Assembly (NCBI GenBank): GCA_038087875.1
Contig: CM075989.1
Location: 15,872,001-15,936,000, forward strand
From: Malacoraja senta
Lineage: Eukaryota
DNA: 64,000 nt
Direction: 5' to 3'
Part shown: positions 1 to 13,053 of the stretch, one piece after another
Layout: every line of letters starts with the position of its first letter
Numbering within the stretch: the stretch's first letter is position 1
Translations under genes and position numbers: made by a program
The notes under the pieces: model-generated
The model's database searches: none
Told to the model about the DNA's origin: nothing
Seen by the model: only the letters and a program-made list of their open reading frames with translations

Positions 1-1735
1 GTTACCTATGTAGTTCTGCGGGAGTTTGTAACTCCTAAACAGAGGGGAACCCTGCAGGGATGTGCTCATGCCCTTAGGTTTCCTGGCATCTCTGCTGGGG
101 AATCTGCCTATGAAACTTCTGCCAGGTTAATCTGTGGGAAGATGCCCACTGACAGAAGTGTACCTGCTGATTTCCTTCCTCAATTTAAATATATTTGGTT
201 ATAATTTTTAAAAAAATTTTAAACAGCGTTCTTAATTTTAACAGTTTTTGAACATTTGTGAAGGTCAGAGACATTCAGAAATCTAGACAGCTTTAACAGC
301 TGGCAAGGCTGAGGGAGAGGCTGGGCAGGCTTGCAAGGCATTTCCAGAGATGGGGTTTGCCAGTTTCAATCTGAAAGACCATGTACTTCTCAAACCCCAT
401 CGTTCAGCTAGCAGGTGAGAGAACAGCCTCAGTCGGGAGGTAGGCCAACTATATGTTTGGGCTGACTCTTTAAACTGCTGTATCCATGAAGCAGAGAGCT
501 GTTTTGTCAATATTGCACCCGTGACCTTGACTATCACGCCCAACGTTCTATCTCTTTACCCAATAAAGGGATAAGAAAGCAGAGAAAAATATGCAGATGG
601 AAACAGGATGAATAATATTCAAGTTTGTTAAAGGAAGGAAAATAAAGAGAAATAGAATAAGGATGGATTGAGAAAAGGGTCAGTTAGAGAATGTAATCAA
701 AATGAGCAAGTGTATGGAGAGGACGTTATAACCAACTATGTTTGTGGATTATAATATGTGACCGGCAGGAAAATCTTCATCTTTTTAAATTGCATTGAGT
801 CCAGAAACAACCAATGAGTATATCGTTGCTTTCTCAGGAATATATATCTTCCTATCATCCTGGCGGTTACATGAAACAAGATAATTGATTAGTCTGGGTA
901 ATCAGTGTACAACAGACCCAGAGAAGACAACGTTTTGGAACCATGACTCCCTCGTTCTACCAACCAAGCTACATTTACTGGGTCGTATTCCCAAATGAAC
1001 TCCACATTAATTTTTTGGAAATTATTTTTCTCCTTTGCATCTTTGAATATCAAAAGGGCTTTGCATTGGGAAAAATATTATTTACCAACGCTGATAGAAA
1101 TATCAACAGCAAAAAAGTGTCAAAACAGAGAAAAAATATTAAACAACTTTAGGAGCAATTAACCACCATCTGCAGTGTGGCTCGATAGGTTCATCTTTCC
1201 TTTCCTGGGTTGTCAATGTCATACATTAATAAGATCCCCACAATGGTTATTACCAGCCCTAAATGACTGAAGTAAGTTTAATGTACATGAACTGCACAGT
1301 TTATTTCAGTGGAGAGGATTGTGATCTCAATGCTTCCAGCACTGCTGAGATTAACAGTTGTATCAAAGACCCAGCATCACAGAGAATCAGACATCAATGC
1401 ATAACTCATCTATGTCATCAACTGCAAGACATTTAAGACATAATAATGGGAAACCGCATTATTTCACCAATACTTTCCCAGCAATTTTGAACCTCTTCGT
1501 ACAAAAATTACCATGCATTGTATATTCATAAATCACAATACATTGTGCACCAAAATGATTGACCTCTTGGCAAAGTTAAAGGAGTCCTAATTCACTAATA
1601 TAAAATTATTACCAATCTCATTGGCCTGCATTTTCACAAAGACAGTTATTGTCCAATTCTGGCAGTTAACAAATTCAGTAATTTATGAAGATAATTTGAC
1701 CACGAGAGTTTGGCATTAGTGAGAGGTGAGCTCAC

Positions 1736-1840
1736 CTTGTCGGCTTCTTGAACATCACAGATTTTCTCTCCAGTCGATGGGTTGTAGGTTGACAAGGTCT
1801 TTCCACTTGCTGAATGATGCCATTCATTGTTGATAAAAAG
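1736..1840 (-). CDS. ALDH1A2: RALDH2 coding exon 2
   Basis: Acceptor GTCTTACCAG|, donor AAG|GTGAG. 105 nt, phase 0/0, encoding [35 protein letters not shown], homologous to human [35 protein letters not shown]. Joins in frame to exon 1. Confidence 0.95.
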
Positions 1841-3404
1841 CTGGTAAGACAAGCAACATGCAATGTCAGTGAGGAGTCTGTTGTCTCAGGGGACATGAGC
1901 ACTGTTTATTACTGACTTCAGACATGTGTGAAATAGATTCCTGCACTCCCGCGGCTCATTGTCTTGTGGAAGCAGTATCCTCAAAATACCCTTCTGCCAC
2001 TAAATTCACCATCAATGTACAGCCACTATTGTGCCATACACGGATACAGTAAAGCAGCACGTCATTTCCTTCATTATATCCATATTGGCTCTTTGAATGA
2101 ATTAATTAATTTGCCTTGCATCTCTGTTCTTAATTCTAGTGCCTAGAATTGCTCACAACATTCCAGCTGGAGCCTGGCAGCTTCACAGGGCTTAGTTATT
2201 GCTGTTTTCCTCTATATCCCTACAGTATGTGGAATGGTTCTCCATGCCCGATCAATTCCCCCTGGTACTTTTAAAAGGTCCTAATCTCAGTCTTCCTGTA
2301 TCCAAGTTAACATGCTAGTCTAATAATGACATAGCGTTTTATAAATGTGTTATAACGTCTCCCATTCATTCTTCACACTTTTCGGCATTGAATTCTACCT
2401 GCGATGTACCTGCTCATTTCACCATTCTTCCCCTGGGTCCCGGTGAGGTTATTACTATTGCGCTCACACTGATGAATATATTGCCGAATTTCGGAATAAA
2501 CTTCACATTTATAAAAATGAACATTCTTTAGTCATTATTCGCATTGAAAGTGTGTCTTATTGGACACATTTCTGCAGTCTGATACATAATCATTTTTGCC
2601 TCTCTGCATTTTGAACCTTAGTAAATATCACGGACGTGTACCGCAGACTCATTTACCCCCTCAGTTTTGATCACTCGGTGACGTTTTCTGAATCGCCTGC
2701 TAAAAGAGGTTGAGTCTAATGCTGTGCAAGACGCTCTCCTGAAACTAAAGCACTGACTTGAAGGAAACACAAAGTGCCGGAGGAGCTCAGCGGGTCGGAC
2801 AGCGTCTGAGAGGGAATGGACAGGCGACGTTTGGGACACTTTACCAGAAGTCGGCCGACCCCGAAACTCCCACAACAGTAAACCGCCCAGTGTTTATTCT
2901 GGATCCGCCGCAGTCTTTATGCTTTAAACCCGGAGAATCCTAAGCGATCAGTACTGTTAACAACAGTACTGCCCATGAAGGAAAGACACAAAGGGCTGGA
3001 GTAACACAGGGGTCGGGCAGCATCTCTGGAGAAGGTGGATATGCGACGTTTCGGGACGGGACTCATCATCTGCCCACCCGCTGGGCAAAAACACCAGCAT
3101 TTTCCAAAACGCCGGTCCCATCCCTTTCGCGATCTCTCACAGTGCCAGCAAAGTGCCTGTTCCGGTTCCGCCTTATTAATAACTACAGTGATATCCCGTT
3201 CTCGTCAGGTAATGCTCATTTGATGTTCGGAAGCTTCATCTCAGCGAGAGGTTTAACCACATTAAACCTTCAGAAGCCCCCGTCAATGTTACAGCCACCT
3301 CCCCTTCAAGCCGTGACCAAGAGAGTCAAGAGTGTTTTCTTGTCACATGCCCCAGATAGAACTGAAATTCTTACTGGCAGCAGCACAACAGAATATCATG
3401 GGAA

Positions 3405-3571
3405 CATAGAAACATAGAACGTAGGTGCAGGAGTAGGCCATTCGGCCCTTCGAGTCAGCACCGCCATTCAATATGATCATGGCTGATCATCCAGAATCAG
3501 TACCCTGTTCCTGCTTTCTCCCCATATCCCTTGATTCCGTTAGCCCTAAGAGCCAAATCTAACTCTCTTGA
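3405..3571 (-). mobile_element. CR1 LINE 3' tail
   Basis: (CATAGAAA)n tail and AGGCCATTCGGCCCTTCGAG stem. Related tails lie at ~6748-6890(+), 18103-18265(+), 23654-23812(+), 26927-27134(+) and 28524-28725(-). Confidence 0.75.
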
Positions 3572-3889
3572 ATACATAGCACTCTGTAAACAATATAATA
3601 AGCAAGGAAAAAAAAGTTCAGTGTGCGTATATGTGTGTACACTGAATTTTATACACATACTGAATTTGATATATATCTGGCGGGGGGTGGGTGACGGGGA
3701 ATTGCTCTCCTTTATCGGTGGAAAGTGGTGCAAAGCTTGTTTTCAAACGGCCAGCCGCTGTGTGGTGCCAGCCCCGATGCGCACACACACACACATGCAG
3801 CAGCTCCGCCTGTCCCACTGTTACCGGCTACACCTGTGTCTCGTACCGCAGCGAGCGTGTAATTTGGCAAACTGTTATCCCATCTACAG

Positions 3890-4102
3890 TGTAGGAAGGA
3901 ACTGCCGATGCTGGTTTCAACCGAAGATAGATACAAAAAGCTGGAATAACTCAACGGGTCAGACAGCATCTCTGGAGAAAAGGGACACAAAAAGCTGGAG
4001 TAACTCAGCGAGGCTGAAGAAGGGTCTCGAACCGAAACGTCACCTATTCCTTTTCTCCAGAGATGCTGCCTGACCCGCTGAGTTACTCCAGGTTTTTGTG
4101 TC
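3890..4102. mobile_element. Penelope-derived fold-back insert
   Basis: Inverted arms of the ...GATGCTGCCTGACCCGCTGAGTTACTCCAG... repeat, hammerhead core at 4014-4041, and TSD TATCCCA(T/G)CTACAG (3876-3889 / 4103-4116). Confidence 0.75.
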
Positions 4103-4339
4103 TATCCCAGCTACAGGATACTCCCGCCAACCACCGCCGGCGCATCTTTACAAATTCGGCCCGGGGCACTTTCAAATGGTGTGTCTTTACTCGCTTGAAA
4201 CCGGACCCCGGAATTAGACCCATCCACGGCTCACTGAGCGCGGCCTTCTCTTAACTGCGCCGTCCCCTCTCGTCGGGAGAAACTCAACATTCTTTGCCCA
4301 AACCTTTACCCAGACCTCCAATGAGCATTTAATCTCCCG

Positions 4340-4433
4340 TGAAGATTATTTGAGGATTGGAATCGCGTTCCTCAAACGCTTTAATACAAAAAAAACACAG
4401 ATCCTTTAGTGATAATCAAAAGCCACCCTTTCC
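4340..4433 (+). repeat. ~92-bp direct repeat, copy 1 (copy 2 at 5571-5662)
   Basis: TGAAGATTATTTGAGGATTGGAATC...GATAATCAAAAGCCACCCTTTCC present twice with a few differences. Confidence 0.9.
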
Positions 4434-4468
4434 TGAGCATGGAAGTCCCGCTGACATGTAATGCTCTT

Positions 4469-4647
4469 GTGTTTAAGAAGGAACTGCAGATGCTGGAAAA
4501 TCGAAGGTAGACAAAAGTGCTGGGGAAACTCAGCGGGTGCAGCAGCATCTATGGATGAAGTGTTTCGTCCCGGGACGTTGCCTATTTCCTTCGCTCCATA
4601 GAGGCTGCTGCACCCGCTGAGTTTCTCCAGCACTTTTGTCTACCTTC
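4469..4647. mobile_element. Penelope-derived fold-back insert
   Basis: Arms GAAGGTAGACAAAAGTGCTGG... / ...CCAGCACTTTTGTCTACCTTC; TSD GACATG(T/C)AATGCTCTT (4453-4468 / 4648-4663). Confidence 0.75.
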
Positions 4648-6332
4648 GACATGCAATGCTCTTCGTGCTCAGCGCTCCTCTAGTATCTTTGGTCGGTATT
4701 AGAAGCAGGCAGCCAAGGTGCACGGTTAGGTATTGGCCAACTTTCAAATAAAAGCCAAAGAGAAGGCCATCGTACACAGGCAGCGAGGAATGCAGTAAAG
4801 TGATACCGTGTACACTTTTGTTTTACTTTTTACAGCTTATCGGAGTCATTAAGATCTCCCATTTATACTCTGTTTAAGTCTCCACGAGAACAGTATTTAT
4901 AATACTCCCTTGCGCCTACGGATGGATGTATAACAGTCGCTAAATATTTATATAATAGAATACTGATTTATTGAAGTCAGGTACGTAAATTTAATCTGTC
5001 GGCGAAATGGGGATTAGCTGCTTCCAAGGAGATATAAAATAAAGGAGCGCAGCTCTCTGGAACTGCCTTGTGAATGAATCGTTGCAGCTGGCACTCGGAG
5101 CCCTGGCAGTTTTACAAGGCGAGTCACAGATCCCCATAACTCACCGTTGAAGGGTGGAGGTATTTAGTATCAGCGGGTACCGCGGCCGCAGCGCTCCGAC
5201 GTTGCAAGCAGCCGCATCTCCTGCATTCCGTCCGTCATCGACCCACCGACCTTTCCCAACCCCACTCTCCTCCGCTTCAACAAGTGGCGTTTGACCGGCG
5301 ACTGGGATGTTGGAGCTGACCCGAAATGCACATCCCAGCCCTGGCAGATTGCAACATCGTGTAAAAGCGGGGTCGCAGAATGGATAAGAGCCAAACCGCG
5401 GCGTCCTCTATAAGCGCCAATAATCGCCAACCCTTCTCCGCTATCGCAAAATGGGACTCCATTTCATTTAAAAAACAATCCGGATAAGTGGGTTTTGAAG
5501 TGGGAGGATGACTATCCAGGCGATGTTTCAGTTTACAGTTGGCCATTGAGTGACATTTGAAGATGTAATTTGAAGATTATTTGAGGATTGGAATCACTTT
5601 TCTCAAACGCTTTAATACAAAAAAAACAGATCCTTTAGTGATAATCAAAAGCCACCCTTTCCAGACATGTTCCCATATCTCAATCGAAGATCTCAATCAA
5701 ATCGCCTCTGAAGTTTCCTTTAATCAACCCTTCCATTGGGTTGTGAAGAAACACTCTGTTTTCATCGAAGATTGAGACTGAATATAAGAACTGCTAAACA
5801 CTAAATTGGTTTTACCACTCCTGATATATGTATTTCGGCGTATTCAACATTCAACATTTATTCAACATTGAGTCTCTGTCCGCCGACCAATACTAAATTT
5901 GGTGATTTAAGAAGGGTCGTGACCCGAAACGTCACCCATTCCTTCTCTCCAGAGATGCTGCCTGTCCCGCTGAGTTACTCCAGCGTTTTGTGTCTGTCTT
6001 TGATGATTTGACTGTTATAGGAAATACGACTTTGGAAATACGAAAGAATCGACAGTGTCGTAGTTAAAATGACACCTTCTTCTTTACTCTAAATATTGAC
6101 CGAATTACCAGTAGATATTTCAATTGTCATGTAGGTCTATATTGAGGATCCGTCTGATTAAAACGAATAGTCCCGAGTGTGAGAAGAAGGCGAGAGAGCT
6201 GTGTACTTTTGTATTTCTCTGCTTCAACATGGTTATTTGTAATCTGGAGCTATCATGTCCCAGTATCCATGACATTTGTACTGAAGAATGCATCAGTTAT
6301 TGCTTGGCATTCCCAGCGCTGTTTTTTTTATT

Positions 6333-6497
6333 GTGTAGGAAGGAACTGCAGATGCTGGTTTACACCGAAGATAGACACAAAATGCTGGAGTAACTCAGCG
6401 GGACAGGCAGCATCTCTGGAGAGAAGGTTTGGGTGACGTTTCGGGTCGAGACCCTCCCTTTGAGCATTCCTTCTCTCCAGAGATGCTGCCTGTCCCG
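6333..6497. mobile_element. Penelope-derived fold-back insert
   Basis: Same family. Further fragments lie at ~2757-3065, 5909-6001, 7074-7350, 8117-8320, 15775-15960, 17095-17240, 32985-33090, 34545-34760 and 41050-41225. Confidence 0.65.
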
Positions 6498-7765
6498 TTG
6501 TTTTTTTTTTAAATTCTCCCCTCACCCACTTTTATACCGTGTGGTGGAGGGGAATCATTTTACTGGAAAATGTATCCATGTTCTGCCAGGCCCCCTGTTA
6601 CTTCATCGTCACATTTCTGAAACCCGTGTGAAAACTGGCCACCACCTATTTACACTTCATTGTGCAGAATGGTTTGCTGCTCAAGTTTTTGGGTGTTTAA
6701 AACCGTTTAAACTCCAAAATTTAAACCGGTACTCATTGACCAGCAATTAGATACATGGTACGTGTTTAGGACAGGTTTAGAAGAATATGGGCCAAACGCA
6801 GGCAGGTGGTACTAGTGTAGATGGCACATGTTGGTCGGGGTCGGCAAGTTGGGCCGAAGGGCCTGTTTCAATGCAGTATGACTCTACGACCCCCCTCTAT
6901 GGCTCTCAATGAGATCCATCAGCGTTTCCATCACCCCTAGTAAAACCGGCTACACCTTTTAAAATCCAAATGCATCTCCGGTACAGTGCATCCTTGCCTC
7001 GGTCGCAAGGGTTCTTTCTCTACAAAGAATATTTGTTAATGCTTAATTGAACCAAATTAACCAAATACATTCTGTAGACACAAGGAACTGCAGATGCTGG
7101 TTTACCAAAGAAGACACGTAGCGCTGGGGTAAATCGGAAGGTTAGGCAGCATCTCTGGAGAACGTTTTGGATTTGGACCACTTCAGACTGAGGAGAAAGC
7201 AGGTAGGGCAGGACACAGTCTGGCCAGTGCTAAGTGATACGGGTGATGGAGGGGTGATTGGCAAATGGTTGAACAAAGGCCAGAGATGAAAAGAAGTTCT
7301 GGATTCTTTGTTGAATTATCCTTGTTCCAACTGCGTCTGTGTAGCCCCAAGTGCCCCAAGTGCCAAAACCAACCGTAGATCTCGCTCCAAATCCAGCTCA
7401 ATGTTGGCGCTGGACAGTGAATGGGCATGAACATTTAGGGAAAGTTTTGGCTGCAATGCTGGCCACCATGTTCCCTTCTCAATAAACCTGTTGACATTCA
7501 CTCCCTGGGGTTACAAGTGTAGCAAGTTAGGTGGAACTGTCAATGCATGAGCCCAGGACCACAAGAGTGAAGACAGATAGAAGATGATTTGAATTGAATA
7601 AAGTCTCATTCCTGGTATTTGAAGTTCATTGTTGACTAATTGTTGAATGTTTCGATGCATTTCAGAGTATTCTGATAGCCAGCAACTTTCTTTTCTCCAC
7701 TGTACATATATAGAGCTACTCACTGACTTACGGAGCCTGCATAGGGAAATCAATCCCTGTATCTG

Positions 7766-8056
7766 GGTGTCACAGTGGCACAGCCGGTGGAGCTGCTGTC
7801 TCATAGCACCAGAGATCCAAGTACAATGCTGACCTTGGGTCAGTGCGGAGTTTGCACATTCTCCCTGTGACCCCATGGGATTTCTCCGGGTACTCCGGTT
7901 TCCTCTCACATCCCAAAGATGTGCAGGTATGTAGGTCTAGTCTATAGGGAGTGGATGTGAAAGTGGGATAGGATAGAACTAATGTGATCGATGGTCGGCG
8001 TGGACTCGTTGTGCCGAAGGGCCTGTTTCCATACTGTACCTGTCAATTAAACTAAA
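7766..8056 (+). mobile_element. V-SINE (HE1-like)
   Basis: GGAGTTTGCACATTCTCCCTGTG...TCCGGGTACTCCGGTTTCCT V-domain and CR1-like tail; boundaries approximate. Confidence 0.75.
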
Positions 8057-8372
8057 GGAGTCCGCAGTATTTATTCACCCAATGAAACAGATAGGAGGTA
8101 TAACACATAGTGTCCGTAAGATAGACACAATGTGCTGGAGTAACTCTACGGGTCAGGCAGCATCTCTGGAGAAAAAGGATGGTGACATTTCGGGTAGGAA
8201 CCCTTCTTCAGACTGAAAGTGGGGGGGGGGGGGCGGGGGGAATCTGGAGGTCGGAAAAGGCTGGAACAAATCAGGGGCGGCAACAGATGACCAAGGACAT
8301 AGTGGCTGCAAGCCCATTCTTCTACTCAAGTAGATCATGGCTAATCCACATTCTAAATCTCAAACAGTTATG

Positions 8373-8697
8373 GAGTCATACAGCGTGGAAACAGGCCCTT
8401 CAGCTGAACTTGCCACGCTGACCAACATGCCCCATTTCCACTAGAACCACCTACTTGCGTTTGGCCCATATCCCTATAAACCTACCTTAACCATGCACCT
8501 ATCTAAATGCTTCTTAATTGTTGCGATAGTCCCTGCCTCAACCACCTCCTTCAACAGTAGTTCCATACACCCACCATCTTTTGTGTAAAGAAGTTACCCC
8601 TCATAGGTTTAATATTTTCCCCCCTCACCTTTAACCTATGTCCTCTGGTTCTCGATTCGCCTACTCTGGGCAAAAGACTCAGTTTACCCGATCTATT
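8373..8697 (-). mobile_element. CR1-clade LINE 3' end
   Basis: The ORF track shows PRVGESRTRGHRLKVRGE...RGNFFTQKMVGVWN, the CR1 ORF2 C-terminal motif. Confidence 0.8.
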
Positions 8698-10861
8698 CAT
8701 TGAAGCTTGATCAATGTGTAGTGTTAGAGGACCAGAACAATATAAATCAACAGAAACAAGGAAGAATGGTGAACTGAACTTGATGCTCAATAGGAATGAG
8801 GCAGAAGAAGTTTATTGGGCAACTATATTCTCATCCATTTTAATCTATACCATTATTCACGTTCAGTTGTAATCCTCTCTATTGGGCAGTGAAATGGCTA
8901 GTGTTACTATTGTTCATATCAGGTAGATGAGCTGGATACAACCATCTGATGTGACACAACTCTGAGACTAAGATGTAAAGTGATAAACCTACATGGAAAT
9001 GAAAGTAACACAGAAATAACTTATCTCTGGTTTAAAGTGGAATTTACAGTCCATGCAACCTCAGTTCTCACAGATGATTGAACCATCTCAACTTCTAATG
9101 TGTTTCTGTTCCAGAGGAAATGGAGATATACCAGCAAGAATTAACTCATAGCAAAATAATGAAGAAAAAAAATTCACAAGCAGTTTCAACAAAGCTGTAC
9201 AAATACAGAAAATGCCAGTCAGCATCTGCTGAAGGAGATACTGAGTCTTTGATTTAAAACTATTTCTCTTTCCACAGATGCTACCTAAACTGCTGAGTGT
9301 TTTCCAGAATTTCCTGTTATTATTTCAGATTTATGGAATCTGACAATTTTTGAGTTTCAGTTGCTATATAAATATACTTCTGCTCATTTAATAGAAATAA
9401 AAATCTAGTTCTCCATAGTCCACAGTGCAAGTCGGTAAATATCCTTCATGATTGGGTCGAGCTTGTGACTTCATAACACGTGGCTTTGGACATTTATTGC
9501 ACAGGTTATACATATATATTTTAAGACTTTATTACGCCTCTGTGAATTAAATGACATGATATGCTAAAATGTCAAAATAGCTTCTCAGTTTTCTATCAAT
9601 GTAATTTCAGCTCTACTTTTGCATAACATCAGAAGTCTTTTAAATACATTACAGGCATGGTATGCTTTAAAATTATGGTTTGCATAGAGCAATTAGGAAC
9701 CATAATTTTACTTTGGTTTCAGAAAATGTCACTAGAAATTAAGCTTTGCTCTCATATTTAATGACATAATTTAACCAATTAAATGATAGGTTTATTACTG
9801 TCCCACCTTCCCTCCACAATTCCAGGTCCTGCTTTGCTAATGTTACTGCATAGAAGTGTCAAAATTGGTTTCCAATCACAATCAGTTTTAAAGGTTTGTG
9901 CTATCTTGTGAGATAATGCTTGGGAATATGGGATGTGTCTAGATTATATTTCAAATGCAAACAATATTTAATCTAGTATAGCAAAACTTTTACATTTCAG
10001 AATTATTAGATGCATTAAAATGATGCAGAAGTTCTAAATGATCCTTAAGCTCAAATGGGCTAGAGCCTTATTATCTGTAAGATCTAACCTTTAGACTTAG
10101 CCTAGTTAAATGGGTGCTAACCTTCTTTGATGCTCGCTGAAATGCTTATGTGTAAGTTTAGCTGGCATACTCAGTCCACTTCCTGATATATATAAAATTG
10201 AAGCCATTCACCAAAGTCAACACCAGAATGGCATTTCATCCAGGAAAGCCATATTCAATGATTCAATGATTCAACTCAATGATTCATCTATAATATGAAC
10301 CATAGAGGTGGTTGTTAATATTAAAGATACTGGGCCAGATAAATCTAAGTAATTGAGGCGGGAGTTAAAACATGTTGAAGGCAAATGAAAGAAACATCTC
10401 CTTCATCTCTGTCCAGTGCATTTATGTTACGAGAAACTAACATAAAAACATTGGTCCAAAATTAATATTAATAACTTGACAAATGGAAGATGTGCTCAAG
10501 CATCATAAAAAGACAATGTTTTTTATTTCTCTTTTTGGAGTGTCAAGAGAATAGAGATCTACATGCCCTTAAATCTTGGAGTGGAGTTGGGAAAGAGTGG
10601 GAAGGGTGTAAAGGAAGAGCAACTGAGGCAGGGGTGCTGACTGAATTCAGTGCTGAAGGGATCACCCATTCTAAAGACTGTTGCGCAGGATCATTGGTTT
10701 CTCTTTGGCTTTCAAAAATAAAAATGTTTGAACATTGTTAGTTCATCTCTGTCCCTGCCTCCACTACCCAAACTAACGCACCTACCATTCCCATTGTTTA
10801 AGTCTCAAGGTATGTACTCCTTGAGTGGGATAATGTAGATGATTGATTTCCTCTCAGTAAC

Positions 10862-11290
10862 CTGCCAGTATCATTCTCTACTCGCTGGAGTTTAGAAGAA
10901 TGAGGGGGGTCCTCATTGAACGTACAGAATAATGAAATGCTTAGATAGAGTGGATGTGGAGAGGTTGTATCCACTCCAGTCAGAGAGTCTAGGACAAGAG
11001 GTCATAGCCTCAGAATTAAAGGATGTTCTTTTAGGAAGGAGATGAGGAGACATTTCTTTAGTCAAAGATGAATCTGTGGAATTCTTTGCCACAGAAGGCT
11101 GTAGAGGCCACATCAGTAGATATTTTAAAGGCAGAGATAGATACATTTTTGATTAATATCGGTGTCACAGGTTATGGGGAGAAGGCAGGAGAATGGGGTT
11201 AGGAGGGAGAGATTGATCAGCCATGATTGAATGGCGGAGTTGACTTGATGGTCTGAATGGCCTAATTCTACTCCCATCACTTATGACTTA
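10862..11290 (+). mobile_element. CR1-clade LINE 3' end
   Basis: Decayed ORF2 C-terminus (..LEFRRMRG..; ESRTRGHSLRIKG) and 3' UTR ending GAATGGCCTAATTCTACTCC. Confidence 0.75.
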
Positions 11291-12759
11291 ATTCATCAGC
11301 AGAGAAGGGAACCTTAATGGTTCCTCAAGGATATTTTGTGTTTGAACAATTAATTAGACTTGGTATTGCCTGCTATCTTGAATTGCTTGTAATGAAAACC
11401 AGAATGAAAGGCTATCCGTACAATGGAATGAAAAAAGGTTTAGAACCTTTGTAGTTATGTGACTTCTTTATGAATGCATTTTTGTGCGAAAATGATGTTA
11501 AGGTATTTTATATCAGGTTTTAATCTCGACATCATTTTTATAAACAGTCATCATGGACGTAACTTGGGTAATTACTATGAGCAATAACTCTAGATACTTA
11601 ATGATTTGGATCAAATACTTCTTATTGCAATTTTAATGCAGATTTTGAATAATTTAAAACAAACATATTGATGCCTCCAATTATCTAGCGGATAGTGGAA
11701 TTTGTTAAAGATGCATTACTACAACATTGTCCACAGCAATTGCAGTCTCTAATTTCACTGCTCCAGTAATGAAGGGTTCCACTGATAATGCTGTTGCGTA
11801 TTCCTGTTTTTAGCCCAGACATCCAGTAGTCAATGCCTTTCCTTTAATTACAAACATGGAATTACATAGAATTTAACAGTACAGAAACAGTTTATTGGCC
11901 CAACAGAGTTATGCCAACATATTCAACATATTCCTCTATATTTTTACCTTTCCCTTACATGAACTTTTGCTATTTGTGACATATTTCTGACAGAGAATAG
12001 CTTATTCTATCACTAGAGTTTCTTATGAGATGCTAATTTATATTTAGTTGTTTCAGACTCTCACATGAATGAAACATCCTTATGTCGACCCTATTGAATC
12101 TCTCCTTAATTTTAAAGGCTTCAGAATTATCTTTTTTAGACAAAATTGCTTCAACCTGATAAACCTCTCAGCTAATTATGCCCTAACAATTCTGGAATCC
12201 TCCTTGTTTGCCCTTTCTTTGGTGCTTCCAAATGCTTTTTGAATTGTGGGGACCAGAAATGCATTTGGAAACAAATTTTGCTCTAGCTAAGTTGAGCTTA
12301 ACGTCTTGACTCGTGGATTTTATTCCTCCAGAAAGAAATCTTAAAACTTAGTTTGGAATGTTTATGGCTTTTATTAAATCACATTACCACCTTTACTGGT
12401 CATCTTTAAGATTCTTCTAATTCATTCAATAAAATAATTCCTTTGTCTCTCTCGTTCATGTTTGCATTGCCAATACTTCTACGGAGGGAATCAATCAATT
12501 TTCTTCTGTGGGATTGGATGCTTTGGACTGTACACACTCTGTGATTGTTTTACAGTAGTGGCTTTGTTGACAGAAAACGAATGTACCATCAAATAGCATG
12601 ATAAAGTATCAAATACATTATCTCACTGAGCCAAACAAGTTTGCATAAATACATGGGACCTAAAATTTTAAGGGCAAACTTGAGAGAGTTACTTATACTT
12701 TTATGACAGTTTTAAAATGTAAAATTAAATAGACAGAGATCACTATCAAAATTAGTTTT

Positions 12760-13053
12760 TTAGTTTAGTTTAGGGATGCAGCACCAAAACAGACCCTTCA
12801 GTCTACCAAGTCCGCGCCGACCAGCGATCCCCGTACACTAGCACTATCCTACACACTAAGGATAACTTACAATTTTTTACCAAAGTCAATTAACCTACAA
12901 ACCTGTACATCTTTCGAATGTGGGGGGAAACCTAAGTACCCAGAGAAAACCCACGTGGACATGGGGAGAACATACAAACTCTGCAAAGGCAGCATTTGTA
13001 GTCAGGATCAAACAGGTCTCTGGCATCTCTACAGGTGTGCCACCATGCCACCC
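12760..13053 (-). mobile_element. V-SINE (HE1-like)
   Basis: Reverse complement of the same family with a (TAAAC)n tail; boundaries approximate. Confidence 0.7.

Noticed and set aside
1-1735. ALDH1A2 exon 3 (…DKAV…WRRMDASERG…)
   Set aside because: No matching coding sequence seen; ORF 283-543 is unrelated. Exon 3 is presumably left of the window.
1646-1852. ORF as a standalone 68-aa gene, or as ALDH2/ALDH1A1/ALDH1A3
   Set aside because: Only 1736-1840 is flanked by splice sites, and the linked exon 1 has the ALDH1A2-specific N-terminus.
3531-4073. 180-aa ORF and other 60-150 aa ORFs in the track
   Set aside because: They run across repeat fragments and low-complexity DNA, with no recognisable domains or exon structure.
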